Positions 28,425-37,965 of a DNA stretch of 64,000 bases are shown here, piece after piece. Where the stretch lies: positions 148,512 through 212,511 of the forward strand of contig CAWHTW010000005.1 of assembly GCA_963832345.1 (NCBI GenBank), written 5' to 3'. How positions within the stretch are numbered: position 1 is the first letter of the stretch; every line of letters starts with the position of its first letter. The notes beneath the pieces were generated by a model, which saw only the letters and a program-made list of their open reading frames with translations, did not search any database and was not told the origin of the DNA. A program made the position numbers and the translations under genes. The DNA is from an uncultured Flavobacteriaceae bacterium. Lineage in GTDB: Bacteria > Bacteroidota > Bacteroidia > Flavobacteriales > Flavobacteriaceae.

Positions 28425-28808
28425 CTATCTTGTTTTATCATCCAAAAGCATAAAAATCTTATCTAACAGCTCACTTGATTTTTGCATCTCGAGCTCCAAC
28501 TTTGAATTCGGTCTCCTCAAATTTTTGTAGTTGGCTACCTTGACCAGTTGATTGATATTGGTTCCGATTTTGCTGATCTGATAGGTCAGGTTCGAGATCG
28601 AATCCGAAATCTGTGTTTCCATGACCGCGTCATTCTGTAAAATCAACCTTCGCAAAAATGGTCCCAGCACACCCCTTTTTTTAAAATCAAGATTGTAGGA
28701 TTCCAATAAAATCCTGATGGAATTCATTTCCCCGTCATTAAAACGAAGGTTAACGGTATGCTCCCTTTTAAGTTTCCCCAGTCGCTTTCTTCCCACTTTC
28801 TTTTGCAT
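28425..28808 (-). CDS. mobA: Relaxosome accessory protein (Bacteroides MobA / MobC-family RHH protein)
   Basis: 127-aa basic protein (MQKKVGRKRLGKLKREHTV...). This is the typical first gene of Bacteroidetes mobA-mobB modules. Its stop abuts the relaxase start. Confidence 0.65.
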   Translation of the reverse strand: MQKKVGRKRLGKLKREHTVNLRFNDGEMNSIRILLESYNLDFKKRGVLGPFLRRLILQNDAVMETQISDSISNLTYQISKIGTNINQLVKVANYKNLRRPNSKLELEMQKSSELLDKIFMLLDDKTR

Positions 28809-29173
28809 GGTGGATACGGATTTTTTGGTAATGGATTAATTTTTCACTTCGTCAGAAGTAGTCATTTTAAGGCACTTAAAAGATAACTTGCTATCCGCCT
28901 GCGGATAAATATAAACAATATACACGTATCATATCTATCTAATAATCAAAATTTTAAGTTAGTTTACCACATGAAAACAGATGAAAACAAATGCCAATTA
29001 TAAACTCCTGAACGCCTCTATAAAATACACGAAAACGAAGGTCAAGAAGTAAAGGGTTTTAAGTTTTAAGGGTTTATTTCGTTGCATCCGAAGTTGAATT
29101 CCAAGAACTTTTATACAGTTTTTTTATTGATTGGTTCGGCACCAAAACAATTGTGGCAAGTGGACAAATAAAT

Positions 29174-29282
29174 GCAAGGCGGCGATTTTTTTTTCGCCGT
29201 TTTGCTTTTATGGGCGGTTCCGAGGAGGTTTGAAATCGAGGGGCTTTTCGCCCTCGATTTTAAACTTCCGCAGGAACATGGG
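29174..29282. repeat. Copy 1 of a duplicated structured element in the mob-tra intergenic region. Candidate oriT or regulatory RNA
   Basis: Hairpin GCAAGGCGGCGA-T7/9-TCGCCG..TTGC, then a GGAGGTTTGAAA...TTTCAAACTTCC 12-bp stem that encloses a short GC hairpin, then CGCAGGAACATGGG. Confidence 0.6.
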
Positions 29283-29429
29283 AAAGGAACACGTAGCTTA
29301 AAAAATATACAGCGAAACTTACAAAGCCAACTTATGGTTACAACACCCGCTTTTTATAAAACGGATGAAAAGAGAATTCGACGGATTGAAGATTGACTGA
29401 CTCAATAATCTAGCATTGGCTTAATAAAG

Positions 29430-29585
29430 GCAAGGCGGCGATTTTTTTCGCCGCCTTGCTTTTATGCGCGTTTCCGAGGAGGTTTGAAAATTCGGAACGG
29501 AAAGCCTCCCGGAAGCGGGCGGGCGAAGGTCGGCCGCTCGGGCGGCTTGGAGTGTAGGGTTTTCAAACTTCCGCAGGAAAATGGG
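29430..29585. repeat. Copy 2 of the same element. It has a perfect first hairpin and a longer GC-rich insert inside the 12-bp stem
   Basis: GCAAGGCGGCGATTTTTTTCGCCGCCTTGC. Then GGAGGTTTGAAA, a ~70-nt GC-rich loop and TTTCAAACTTCCGCAGGAAAATGGGGG. Confidence 0.6.
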
Positions 29586-29697
29586 GGATACGACCATTGA
29601 CATTATCCCAAAGGATATAAGAAAAACGGCCATTCTTCGTTCTATAACAGTTGGGGGCACGGTTCTATGACCGTTCTCTTTCCTAAGACAATATATA

Positions 29698-30054
29698 TTG
29701 AACCTCTTCTGGATAATATTGATCGGTGCCGTAGTACTCTATTATGGGTACGTCTTCTGGGTCTTGAAAATTAAAAAGGACCCAAAAGGAAAAAAAGTTT
29801 CTGAAAATGATTCATATTTGCAAAATAATTATATATTTGTAAATAATAAATCATTTGAACAAACCGATTTAGGAGACATACTCGACCAGGTAGTAGAGGA
29901 TACGGAAAACAATTCCAAGCTACTGGATGCTTTTAAAAAGGGTTCATCTGATGAAGATGATATAAATTCCTTAACTCACAGAAAGCATGAAAAACTCAAG
30001 GTTATCCGTAGCAAGGATTCCGTGGACGATGAACCCACCGACCCCGAATCCTAA
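29698..30054 (+). CDS. Doubtful small membrane protein at the head of the tra operon. It has a TTG start
   Basis: An ORF with a non-ATG start. One N-terminal TM helix followed by an acidic tail. It overlaps the likely TraE start. It may not be real. Confidence 0.25.
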   Translation: MNLFWIILIGAVVLYYGYVFWVLKIKKDPKGKKVSENDSYLQNNYIFVNNKSFEQTDLGDILDQVVEDTENNSKLLDAFKKGSSDEDDINSLTHRKHEKLKVIRSKDSVDDEPTDPES

Positions 30055-30346
30055 AGACTTCCTCTTCCTTTTATTGTTGATCCTTTTTATTCCGACAGAC
30101 CTGTTTTCGCAACTCAACGAACTGGTCAGCGAATTCCAAAAGACCGAAAGCGAGGCCGAGAGCATTGCCGACAGTATCGTCGGCGTCGTAAAGACCATCG
30201 CCGGGGTTTCGGTAATCATCGGTTCCCTGGTCTACCTCTATCTCAGGGAACAACAAAGCGACCTTACCAAAAAGGTAGGCAATACGATCATCGGTATCGC
30301 CATTTTCTTCATCCTATTGGCCGTAGGCGATAGCATCCGTTCCTAA
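30029..30346 (+). CDS. traE: TraE-like (VirB2/pilin-like, DUF4134-type) conjugative transposon protein
   Basis: Signal-like N-terminus MNPPTPNPKDFLFLLLLILFIPTDLFSQ and a second hydrophobic helix near the C-terminus. About 105 aa. The start is chosen at the internal Met of the 29987 ORF. Confidence 0.55.
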   Translation: MNPPTPNPKDFLFLLLLILFIPTDLFSQLNELVSEFQKTESEAESIADSIVGVVKTIAGVSVIIGSLVYLYLREQQSDLTKKVGNTIIGIAIFFILLAVGDSIRS

Positions 30347-30358
30347 CCCTTAAAATCT

Positions 30359-30688
30359 TTGGTTATGGACCAGGAGTACCTACATATCAAAAAGGGACTT
30401 CAGAAAGAAGTACTCTTTATGGGCCTAAAGGCGGTCTATATCAATTACTGTATCTATCTGGGACTTGCCAGCATCGTTATCGGGCTCGGGCTATCGACCC
30501 TCATTCCCACCGCTTTGGCCCTGTTGCTAACGACGCTGTTAATCTTGGCGGTGTTCGGAGTCCTGATGTTCTATTCGAAAACCTACGGGGCAAAAGGCTT
30601 CGTGAAAAAGTTGGCCGATGCCCAGGGACCGAATTCCGTTAAAGTATCCAATCCGTTTAAAACACTGTTATTATGGAAAAACAACTAG
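30359..30688 (+). CDS. traF: TraF-like (VirB3-like, DUF4133-type) small membrane protein
   Basis: Two adjacent TM helices and a short basic tail. It lies immediately upstream of the VirB4-like ATPase and overlaps it. Confidence 0.5.
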   Translation: MVMDQEYLHIKKGLQKEVLFMGLKAVYINYCIYLGLASIVIGLGLSTLIPTALALLLTTLLILAVFGVLMFYSKTYGAKGFVKKLADAQGPNSVKVSNPFKTLLLWKNN

Positions 30689-33234
30689 ACCTTTGCGATG
30701 CCTTCCCCATTTACGGGTACGAACGCCGTTCCTTGATATCGAAGGAAAAAGGCTGCGTGACCATTCCCCTTAAATTGGACCTTCCCGAAGTCTTCACTTT
30801 GGATGTTTCGGAATATGTACAACTGAACGAGTTGTTCTTTAACATCATAGATATCCTCGGAGCGAACACCGTGCTGCACAAGCAAGATCATTTCTTCGGG
30901 GAAACCTATAGACCCCATCGAGCTCGTTTACAGGGCGACTTTTTGGAGCGTGCGAACGAGTTCCATTTCAACGAACGTTCCTTTTTACGTGCCCAACACT
31001 ATCTGTATATCAGTATCGTTCCCAAAAATTATATCCGGTATTCTTCCAAGCGTGCCAACTCCTTCCTGAACAAAAAGCGGGATTTCTATTTGGAAAATAG
31101 CGTTCCGGAAGAATTTGTGAATACCACCGTGCTATCGGATTTTGAAAGCAAGGTCGAGAGCGTCAAGGATCTTATCAACGCTTCCGGACTGATGACGGCT
31201 GAAATAATGGATTATGACAGCCTGTTCTCTGAAAACGGACTGTACGCTATATACTTTGCGCTGTCCCTGGACAACACCGGATTGCCCGACATTGATTTTA
31301 CCAATAGCGCTATTCAGGTAGGAAATAAAAAAGCGCAGTTCTTTAGCGTCGAGAACCTGGACCAGTTTACAAAGGAGCACCTGTCCACCAACGAGGTCTA
31401 TGGGAAGTTTTCCTCCAAATACCACCGATTTCCCGTAGGCAATCTTTTTTCCATCGGTTTCAGGATTCCCCATGAACATATCATCAACCAATACATCTAC
31501 ATCCCCGAACAGGATAAGGTAATGAAACAACTGCGCAAAAAGGCGAAACGTTTTAACCAGTTTTCCAACGAAAAAAAGGACGACAGCAACGCCATCTATG
31601 CCAATCAGATCTATGCCTTTAACAGGGACGTTCTCGAAAACCATAAGGAGATAGTCTTTTACCATCTGAACGTATTGGCTTTTGGGGATAGCCACAAGGA
31701 ACACCGCCATTTGTGCAATTCCGTTTCCGGTGCCTTTAAAAAGTTGAAGATCAATGTCAAGGAAAACTACATCGACCGTAAAAATCTTTTCTTCGGGGGC
31801 GTTCCCGGAAACGCTATCGGGATACCTTCGGATATGTACATGCCCATGTCGAGCGATATGGCCTCCTCCCTGCTCTATTTTGAAGGGGAATATAAGGATG
31901 CCACGGCTTCGGTGGATGGACTGCGCCTGGTGGACCGTACCACCGGAAGACCTTTATCTGTAAGTGTTTACAGGTTGCCGGAAGAAAAGGATTGGATATT
32001 CAACCGGGGCATGTTGGTAGCCTCGGGTTCCGGCGGCGGTAAATCATTTGTCGCCAACCACTATATCGCCTCCGAACTGCGCCAAGGTGCCGAGGCGGTC
32101 ATTATGGAGGATGGCAATTCCTATGATAGGATTACAGAGGTTTTCGGGGGAGTTACTATCGAACACGACGACGAAAATCCGTTTACGTTCAATCCCTTTC
32201 AATTGGACGGCTATGATTTTGTCGTTAATACGGATGGAAAAAAGGTATTGACCGAGGATAAGACCATCAATTTGGTTACCCTGTTGAAACTGATCACCGG
32301 GGACGAAAAAAACCACAGGGCCAGCCAGCTTACCTTGGAGGTCAAAAATACGGTCTTTGAGATCTTGGTCGCTGGCTACTATGAAACCATGTGGGAAGCC
32401 GAAAACGGACGTTTCAATTTCGACGGTTTCTTTGAGTACTGCAAGGAGCATATTCTAGGGTTAATACAGACCAAGGGGATTTCGAGGGAAATATTCGACC
32501 CGAAGGTTTTCCTGTTCCTTTTGGAAAAATATTACAAGGACGGACCCAGGGGGAAACTGCTCAACCACGAGGACGAACGGATAGCCCGATTGAGCGATGA
32601 AAAGATCGTGTACTTCAAATTGGGCAAGCTTATCGACAACGAACTGCTCTTCCCGATCACCGCTTTGATGATCATGGAGATTTTCAGCAAAAAACTGAGC
32701 GACCGTTCCAAACTGTCCATCAATAAGATGATGGTAGTGGACGAGGCTTGGAAGGCATTGGACCGGAAGGAACTGGTGGACTATTTCAACAGCCAATCCC
32801 GAATGGCGCGGAAGTACGGCGGACAGCCCATCTTCATTTCCCAAAAGGTGGACGACTTTATCGCTTCGGAGGTCATCAAGAACGCCATCGTAGTGAATTC
32901 CCATATCAAGGTATTTCTCGATATGCGCGACTTTGCCAAATCCTTCGACAAGATCCAATCCGTTATGGGACTGGGCGAAAAGCAAAAGCAATTGATTCTG
33001 TCCATAAACAAAGACCTGCCCGAGGACAGAAAACTGCGGGAGGTCGCTTTCTGTTGGATGGACCGGGTAAAGGTATACGGCGTTGAAACCTCCTTGGAGG
33101 AGAAATGCATCTACGAGACCAATGCCACCGAAAGCGGCAAGATCATACAACTTTTCAAGAACAATCATAAGAACTGGGAACTCACGGCCAAGGCATATGC
33201 CCACCGGAGTTCCATAAAACCGGAAACGACATGA
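30673..33234 (+). CDS. traG: TraG, the VirB4-family conjugal transfer ATPase
   Basis: 853 aa. Walker A MLVASGSGGGKSFVANHY and Walker B MMVVDEAWKAL. This size and position are typical for Bacteroidetes TraG. Confidence 0.9.
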   Translation: MEKQLDLCDAFPIYGYERRSLISKEKGCVTIPLKLDLPEVFTLDVSEYVQLNELFFNIIDILGANTVLHKQDHFFGETYRPHRARLQGDFLERANEFHFNERSFLRAQHYLYISIVPKNYIRYSSKRANSFLNKKRDFYLENSVPEEFVNTTVLSDFESKVESVKDLINASGLMTAEIMDYDSLFSENGLYAIYFALSLDNTGLPDIDFTNSAIQVGNKKAQFFSVENLDQFTKEHLSTNEVYGKFSSKYHRFPVGNLFSIGFRIPHEHIINQYIYIPEQDKVMKQLRKKAKRFNQFSNEKKDDSNAIYANQIYAFNRDVLENHKEIVFYHLNVLAFGDSHKEHRHLCNSVSGAFKKLKINVKENYIDRKNLFFGGVPGNAIGIPSDMYMPMSSDMASSLLYFEGEYKDATASVDGLRLVDRTTGRPLSVSVYRLPEEKDWIFNRGMLVASGSGGGKSFVANHYIASELRQGAEAVIMEDGNSYDRITEVFGGVTIEHDDENPFTFNPFQLDGYDFVVNTDGKKVLTEDKTINLVTLLKLITGDEKNHRASQLTLEVKNTVFEILVAGYYETMWEAENGRFNFDGFFEYCKEHILGLIQTKGISREIFDPKVFLFLLEKYYKDGPRGKLLNHEDERIARLSDEKIVYFKLGKLIDNELLFPITALMIMEIFSKKLSDRSKLSINKMMVVDEAWKALDRKELVDYFNSQSRMARKYGGQPIFISQKVDDFIASEVIKNAIVVNSHIKVFLDMRDFAKSFDKIQSVMGLGEKQKQLILSINKDLPEDRKLREVAFCWMDRVKVYGVETSLEEKCIYETNATESGKIIQLFKNNHKNWELTAKAYAHRSSIKPETT

Positions 33235-33848
33235 AAAAAATACTCCTGATCAAGATCATCCTGTTCCCATTTTTTGTCTGCGGCCAGATTCCCGTAACAG
33301 ATGCGGCAACCAATGGTAGTATAGGCATCGTAAACAACCAACTGTTGAACATGAACATGCAACTGAAGGCCATGAACAAAAACTTGGTGCGTTTGATAAA
33401 CCTGTTGGAAAAGAACAACAACCTCACCTCCAAATCCAAGGAAATCCTAAAGGAGGAACTGGAGGCCAAAAAGAAGGCCCCCGAATATGTAACCCAATCG
33501 ACGGACGTGCGAACGACCTTGGACCTAAAGGATAAAATCCTTGAGACCTACCGAACATCCAGAAATACCGTCCAGGATTTCAAGCATTTGGAACGAAAGG
33601 AGATACAGGAATTTTTACTGTATTCCACGGAGGCCATCATCGATACCAAGAACCTTTTTAAGCAATGCAACCAGATCTTAAGGACCGAATCAATCATCCA
33701 ACCCGAGGAACGGTTGAAGGAGGTTACATCCATCAATACAAAACTGGAAAAAATCTTGGATGAATTGATAGCCTACAACAACCGATTGGAACAACGCAAT
33801 TCCTATCGGGCGGCACGGAAGACAATGATCAACCTAAATAAAGACTGA
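33231..33848 (+). CDS. TraI-like periplasmic conjugative protein
   Basis: Signal peptide MKKILLIKIILFPFFVCGQ and a coiled-coil-rich body. It occupies the position of TraH/TraI in CTnDOT-type operons. Confidence 0.45.
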   Translation: MKKILLIKIILFPFFVCGQIPVTDAATNGSIGIVNNQLLNMNMQLKAMNKNLVRLINLLEKNNNLTSKSKEILKEELEAKKKAPEYVTQSTDVRTTLDLKDKILETYRTSRNTVQDFKHLERKEIQEFLLYSTEAIIDTKNLFKQCNQILRTESIIQPEERLKEVTSINTKLEKILDELIAYNNRLEQRNSYRAARKTMINLNKD

Positions 33849-33849
33849 T

Positions 33850-34770
33850 ATGATGGCCATTAACACCATGGAAAAAGGAATCCGCGAATCGGTCAACGAG
33901 CTTTTCGACCAGTACATCATAGACGCATTCGAAACCGTAGATCCGATCATCAACATCGGGCAGCAGTTCGCCTATATCGGTATTGCGATCATTGCCTTGC
34001 GCGTATTCCTTAACGAACAGAAACGCGCGGATATTTTTGAATACCTCAAATGGGTTCCCTTGGCCTTTGTCCTGTTGAAATACAAGGTCTTCACCATGGC
34101 CATCTTTGATTTTTACCAAAGGATCGGCCTATCCCTTAAGGCCAACGATGTTTCTTGGGACATCCTCCAGACAAAGATCTTTACGTCCCAATCCGAGTCC
34201 ATGGAAAAACTTGGCGATTCCTGGAACCTGTTCACCTTGGACGGCGCGGCTTTGGAATCGCTGTCGCTGGCCCTTATGACCTCGGGGGTAACCTCCATTG
34301 CCTCGATAATTTCCACGGTGGTATTCGTTGGCATAAAAGCGATGTCCGTCGTCTATCTCTTCGTACTCATCGTTTTCGGACCGCTCAATATCGGCCTCTC
34401 CTTTATTCCGGCACTGGCGGGTATGTGGAAGGCCTGGCTGCAGAAGTTCATGAACGTCTGTCTATGGATTCCCATGCTCTATTTGATCGATAATTTTCTA
34501 TTGCATGTCATGGAAAAACTGATCGACACCCTACTTACCAATGGAGAACCTAATTTGGGATTGGTGCTTACCAGTGCCCTATTGGTCCTGATGAACATTT
34601 TTGTCTACTTCAAGGCCCCTTCGCTATCGAATTTCATAGTCCAAGGCATGAACGTAGGTGCGACCCAAATGAAGGACAAGGCAAAGCATTATGCGAAGAA
34701 AACGGCACAGGCCGCAATGGACGCAAAAAGTGGTGGGATCACCAAAGGGGTAAGGACCCTGGTGCAGTAG
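33850..34770 (+). CDS. traJ: TraJ (VirB6-like polytopic membrane protein)
   Basis: 306 aa with five to six TM helices and a conserved GPLNIGLSFIPALAGMWKAW block. Operon position. Confidence 0.7.
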   Translation: MMAINTMEKGIRESVNELFDQYIIDAFETVDPIINIGQQFAYIGIAIIALRVFLNEQKRADIFEYLKWVPLAFVLLKYKVFTMAIFDFYQRIGLSLKANDVSWDILQTKIFTSQSESMEKLGDSWNLFTLDGAALESLSLALMTSGVTSIASIISTVVFVGIKAMSVVYLFVLIVFGPLNIGLSFIPALAGMWKAWLQKFMNVCLWIPMLYLIDNFLLHVMEKLIDTLLTNGEPNLGLVLTSALLVLMNIFVYFKAPSLSNFIVQGMNVGATQMKDKAKHYAKKTAQAAMDAKSGGITKGVRTLVQ

Positions 34771-34809
34771 AACGATAAAAACTGATTTTAAACTGACACC
34801 CTTGAACAA

Positions 34810-35427
34810 ATGAACGGTAATTATAAAGTTTTCAACGATTTAAGCAAGGTTCATAAAAGAAGTATCAATCTTCTTATCCTATCTTTAGTGTCCATGTTCT
34901 GCTGCGCCCTGTTCAGCATCTTTATTATTTACAAAACCAACGAAAGCGTAAAAAACAGATTTTATCTGCTGGACAAGGGCCAAAAAGTGGCCGCCGTGCG
35001 TATCAAAGACCCCAAACGCGCACTTCATATTTTATGCGAGGGACACGTACGTAATTTCCACGAACTGTTCTTTTCACTTGAACCTGATCTACGATTTATT
35101 AAATCGAATATAGAGGGCAAGGCGCTCTATATGATCGACCATTCCGGCAAACGGCTTTACAACCGTCTGGTAGATCAAAATTATTATGAAGATGTGGCAA
35201 AAAGCGACTACTCCATCGAAGTGGAACAGGATTCCATTTTGATCGAATATGGTAGATATCCCTTTCCGTTCCGCTTTGTGGGTAAACAAAAAATCACAAA
35301 GGACGGCGACACCGAATTTAGGAATCTAGAGACCACGGGCTACATCACCGAAACGAAATCGACGCCGAACAATCTGAACGGTCTTAAGATCATTCATTTC
35401 AATGTCGTTGACAATAACGATCTATAA
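34810..35427 (+). CDS. traK: TraK (VirB8-like bitopic protein)
   Basis: 205 aa. One N-terminal TM helix (LLILSLVSMFCCALFSIFIIY) followed by a periplasmic domain. Operon position. Confidence 0.65.
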   Translation: MNGNYKVFNDLSKVHKRSINLLILSLVSMFCCALFSIFIIYKTNESVKNRFYLLDKGQKVAAVRIKDPKRALHILCEGHVRNFHELFFSLEPDLRFIKSNIEGKALYMIDHSGKRLYNRLVDQNYYEDVAKSDYSIEVEQDSILIEYGRYPFPFRFVGKQKITKDGDTEFRNLETTGYITETKSTPNNLNGLKIIHFNVVDNNDL

Positions 35428-35437
35428 GGGTAACGGT

Positions 35438-36439
35438 ATGGCTCTGAACCGACATAAATTCGACCGATGGATAAGGCAACATAGGTATTTTGCCATGGCC
35501 TTGCCCATCGTTATCGTACTATCGATTTTTTTCGTCACTACCAGTCTGGAATCGATGGAGGCCAAAGACGCGGCGACCGGCGAGAACGGCTACAATAACA
35601 CCCTGCCCAACCAGACCAAAGAACTGGAGGTCAAACAGCCCAACACCCTGTATAAGCAATCCTTAAAGGACTCCTTGGAGCGCATTCGGGAAAATGGCAC
35701 TATACGAAACATAGTCGATTCGGAAAAGGAAAAAGATTCCCTGGAGAAAATTCTTTTGGAACTGGAGAACTTTTCGATGGACGATCCATTGACCGAACCA
35801 GGTTTTGAGAAAGAGACCGAAAACAACGAAATAGATTTGCCACCAAAAACTACGGACCCTCAAACCGAGGCTCAAAAACAGTTGGAATATCGCAATATGT
35901 TATTAAAGGCAAGGGACGAAAGATTGGCAAGAAGCCAGGACTATTCCGCTACATATAGTCCGATTATATCGGAAAAAGCTTCCCCGCCGATAAATATTCC
36001 GGCATCCGTTTACCGTAACCAATTTGTGTTGCCCGGCGATAGGGTCACTCTGATCTTAAGGGAGTCCGCTGCTTATAATGGCCATAGCTTTCCCAAAAAC
36101 ACATTCGTCTATGCTACCGCGAATATCAAAGGTTCCAGAATAGTTTTGGAGGTATCGAATATCGACAGGGTACCGATGGATTTAACGGCCAAGGACCAAC
36201 AGGACGGCAACATCGGTCTATATAGCCAAAGGGCGGGCGAACTATGGTCCGAATTCAGTCTTGATGTCCAGGATGATGCCCTGAGCGCCGCATCCGAAGA
36301 ACTGGCGGATGCATCGCAAACACCAATGGTCAATACCATCACCAGTTCCTTTGGTAGTTTTTTCAAAAAGAAAAGATATCGCGAAAACGACAAGGTACTA
36401 TTGATGAACGGTCATAATCTGTATCTGGTTACCAAATAA
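35438..36439 (+). CDS. traM: TraM (VirB10-like)
   Basis: N-terminal TM helix, a Glu/Lys-rich linker, and a conserved C-terminal domain (VLPGDRVTLILRESAAYNGHSFPKNTFVYATANIKGSRIVLEV). The start is set at MALNRH of the 35402 ORF. Confidence 0.7.
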   Translation: MALNRHKFDRWIRQHRYFAMALPIVIVLSIFFVTTSLESMEAKDAATGENGYNNTLPNQTKELEVKQPNTLYKQSLKDSLERIRENGTIRNIVDSEKEKDSLEKILLELENFSMDDPLTEPGFEKETENNEIDLPPKTTDPQTEAQKQLEYRNMLLKARDERLARSQDYSATYSPIISEKASPPINIPASVYRNQFVLPGDRVTLILRESAAYNGHSFPKNTFVYATANIKGSRIVLEVSNIDRVPMDLTAKDQQDGNIGLYSQRAGELWSEFSLDVQDDALSAASEELADASQTPMVNTITSSFGSFFKKKRYRENDKVLLMNGHNLYLVTK

Positions 36440-36444
36440 AAGGC

Positions 36445-37410
36445 ATGAAAAAACTGCTTTTCATAGTGATTTTAAGCTGTTTAGCCCATAAGGCACAAAG
36501 CATGACGGATACCTTGGAAGTATCCAAGCGCTACAAAACCATATTAATATTCCCGGAAAATATCGCCGAAAGTATTATCGGAAACGATTTCGGGTTTGTG
36601 GTTGACCTGCCGAATCCCAACGGCAGTAAATACAATGGCAGGATATTGAAACTGTACTATGACGAATTGGGCAAGGAAAACTCCAATTTCACGAACCACA
36701 CCGTTATTACCGATTCCGGCAATGTCTATGATTTTATCCTAAAACTGACCGATATTCCTGAAAAACTTACTTGGTACATCGGCCCTGAAATGGCCTTGAA
36801 AAACATAGATAAAAACCAAAGTGTACCTAGGATAAGTGAGCAGACCGATACTTTACAGTTAGAGACTACCGGGCCAATAGCCAAAGAACCGACCTCCGCC
36901 CTAATCCAAACCACAAAATTGGATAGGGAATCGGCTACCAAATTGGCCACCAAGGAACTTTACGAAAACGATCCGATGGAATATTATCGATTGCGCTGTT
37001 ACTATATGCAGTTCGACAAGGCCAAGGTCGGCCGCTATTTTTCAAGGGCGGACAACCTGTTCCTATGGCTCAAAGGGGTCTATTACAATGAGGAGGAACT
37101 ATACTTTCAGTTTAAGATCGAGAACAAGGAGGGGCTGAACATGGACGTCAATTTTTTCAAGTACAGCCTGGCATCGAACTACAGGAACAGCAGCAGTAAT
37201 CAAAGATTGGAGGTCAAACCCATTTTTCTATACAAGCAACCCAGAACGGTAGAAGGAAAGAGCGAAAACCATTTTGTAGTGGTCTTCAAAAAATTGGCCT
37301 TGGACGAAAACACGGAACTTATGGTCGAACTGGACGAGGAATCGGGAAACCGGAACCTGTCCCTTGCCATTGGGCATCATATCGTTAACAACCCCATACA
37401 CTTTGAATGA
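36445..37410 (+). CDS. traN: TraN (VirB9-like, DUF4138-type secreted protein)
   Basis: Signal peptide MKKLLFIVILSCLAHKAQS. 321 aa. Position after TraM. Confidence 0.7.
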   Translation: MKKLLFIVILSCLAHKAQSMTDTLEVSKRYKTILIFPENIAESIIGNDFGFVVDLPNPNGSKYNGRILKLYYDELGKENSNFTNHTVITDSGNVYDFILKLTDIPEKLTWYIGPEMALKNIDKNQSVPRISEQTDTLQLETTGPIAKEPTSALIQTTKLDRESATKLATKELYENDPMEYYRLRCYYMQFDKAKVGRYFSRADNLFLWLKGVYYNEEELYFQFKIENKEGLNMDVNFFKYSLASNYRNSSSNQRLEVKPIFLYKQPRTVEGKSENHFVVVFKKLALDENTELMVELDEESGNRNLSLAIGHHIVNNPIHFE

Positions 37411-37955
37411 TGAGAAAGAGAACAATTTTGTTTTTTGTGGTTTTGACCTGTACGGCATTTTGCTTTTCGCAAAACGCTAACTATGCCTCCTCCGTTGGTC
37501 TTAGCGGAGGCTATGCGGAGGACGGTTTTGGTATCATGGCTACCTACAATTACCATCTTAATCGGAATCGGTATGCTCAGTTGAGCATCTTTGCCGCCGT
37601 GGCCGAGGACAAAGGCTCGTTCGACATTCCTTACAACATCTTTACGGTACAGCCTGGATATTTCATCAAGGTATGGGAACAGAAGAATTTTAAGAAATAT
37701 GCATTGAATCTGGGGGGTGGGGCAATCATCGGTTATGAGGTCATCAACAACGGTAACAGCCTGTTGGAGACGGGGGCTATTATCGATGCCAAAAGCCAGT
37801 TCATATACGGTGGCTATCTGGGCCTGGAGGGCGAACTGACCCTTAGCAACAATTTCTCCCTATTGTTGAAGGCCAACGAATATTACCATATCAACAGCGA
37901 CATAGGAAACTTCTATCCGTATGCGGGCCTGGGTCTGCGCTACTTCCTGTTTTAA
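37407..37955 (+). CDS. TraO-like outer-membrane beta-barrel protein
   Basis: Signal peptide, alternating amphipathic beta-strands, C-terminal ...GLGLRYFLF ending in Phe. 182 aa. It overlaps the TraN stop. Confidence 0.55.
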   Translation: MMRKRTILFFVVLTCTAFCFSQNANYASSVGLSGGYAEDGFGIMATYNYHLNRNRYAQLSIFAAVAEDKGSFDIPYNIFTVQPGYFIKVWEQKNFKKYALNLGGGAIIGYEVINNGNSLLETGAIIDAKSQFIYGGYLGLEGELTLSNNFSLLLKANEYYHINSDIGNFYPYAGLGLRYFLF

Positions 37956-37965
37956 ACCTATCGAA

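Noticed and set aside
29172-29660. ORFs 29172-29396 (+) and 29421-29660 (-) inside the mob-tra intergenic region
   Set aside because: They are built from the duplicated hairpin elements (runs of Gly/Ala/Arg from GC palindromes). They have no start context. They are better explained as noncoding repeats
32461-33204. 247-aa minus-strand ORF and other long antisense ORFs (e.g. 31132-31710, 19110-19559, 20286-20741, 16197-16703)
   Set aside because: They lie entirely inside strong sense-strand genes (TraG, the T4CP, the hypothetical at 15840) with clear motifs. Antisense ORFs like these are an expected by-product of coding sequence
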